Shown here one piece after another: positions 33,963 to 34,448 of a stretch of DNA of 34,448 nt; the stretch's first letter is position 1; each line of letters starts with the position of its first letter. The notes under the pieces were generated by a model. That model had not been told where the DNA came from. It worked only from the letters and a program-made list of their open reading frames with translations, and did not search any database. The position numbers and the translations under genes were made by a program. This DNA is from a virus (taxonomy: Duplodnaviria; Caudoviricetes), in the IMG/VR virus record IMGVR_UViG_3300036987_000451, positions 1-34,448 of that record; one strand, written 5' to 3'.

Positions 33963-34295
33963 GATCGAGGGCAGCAGCAGCCAGCGCAGATCGAGGCGGA
34001 TCAGCCCCTCGTCCGCGGCCTCGCTCGTCGGCTCGACCCGCAGCAGCTCGACCTCGCTGAAGGAGAGGAGCGCCCCCCGCGCCATCAGCTCGTCGAGGGT
34101 GGGGCGCAGGGAGGGATCCAGCCAGCGCTCGAGCTGCTCCCAGCTCTTCCAGCGGATGCCCTCCTGCAGCTCACGAGCCACCTCGGCCAGCGCGCGCACG
34201 CGGCCGGCGCGCTGGGGGGCCGCGCAGGCCAGCGGCGCCAGTCCGCCCAGGAGGAGCAGCAGCGCGAGGAGCCGAGCGGTGGCGCCGGGGGTCAT
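33963..34295 (-). pseudogene. 5' part of host lipoprotein gene interrupted by the prophage
   Basis: Signal peptide with lipobox-like PLAC. Protein-like sequence ends at WLLLPSI, exactly at the CA end. Confidence 0.8.
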
Positions 34296-34447
34296 GGCCG
34301 TCGCCGGGCGAGCACCGCACGCAGGCGGTCGAGGTCGGTACGCCCCACGCCGCCGGTCGCGAGCAGCCCGAGGAGGTACACCACCGGCGCGCCGGCGGCC
34401 AGCGCCAGCGCAACAGGCAGGGAGGGGCGCGGCAGCAGCGCCGTGGC
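34292..34447 (-). CDS. 3' end of a host membrane protein (possibly polysaccharide flippase-like), partial
   Basis: Frame ATALLPRPSLPVALALAAGAPVVYLLGLLATGGVGRTDLDRLRAVLARRRP*. Stop overlaps the lipoprotein ATG. Confidence 0.55.
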   Translation of the reverse strand, partial: ATALLPRPSLPVALALAAGAPVVYLLGLLATGGVGRTDLDRLRAVLARRRP

Positions 34448-34448
34448 C

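Overview
The window holds an apparently complete transposable (Mu-like, DDE-transposase) prophage of about 33.9 kb at 42..33962. It is bounded by TG...CA imperfect inverted repeats, flanked by GATC on both sides, and interrupts a lipoprotein gene of a high-GC host (Myxococcota/deltaproteobacterial-like by inference). Unlike Mu, it has two arms transcribed outward from a central lambda-style cro/XRE-repressor switch. The right arm (+) carries a BRO protein, transposase, B ATPase, gam, gemA, mor, the lysis cassette, terminase, portal, gpF and gpG. The left arm (-) carries cro, accessory regulators, an adenine methyltransferase and a sigma-region-4 protein, then protease, capsid and a P2-like contractile tail. 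The regulatory logic can be read from the DNA. Three promoters each have a CAAC-N5-GTTG-type operator in their spacer, and both late operons are preceded by the same 18-bp motif (16/18 identical). Notable oddities: a holin gene fully nested inside the endolysin frame, a BRO antirepressor fused to a paralog of the transposase's N-terminal DNA-binding domain, a sigma4-only protein near a FlgM-like ORF, a 4-bp rather than 5-bp flanking repeat, further nested reading frames, and a gpF with a probable C-terminal nuclease domain. All product calls come from motif recognition and synteny by eye; no searches were run.
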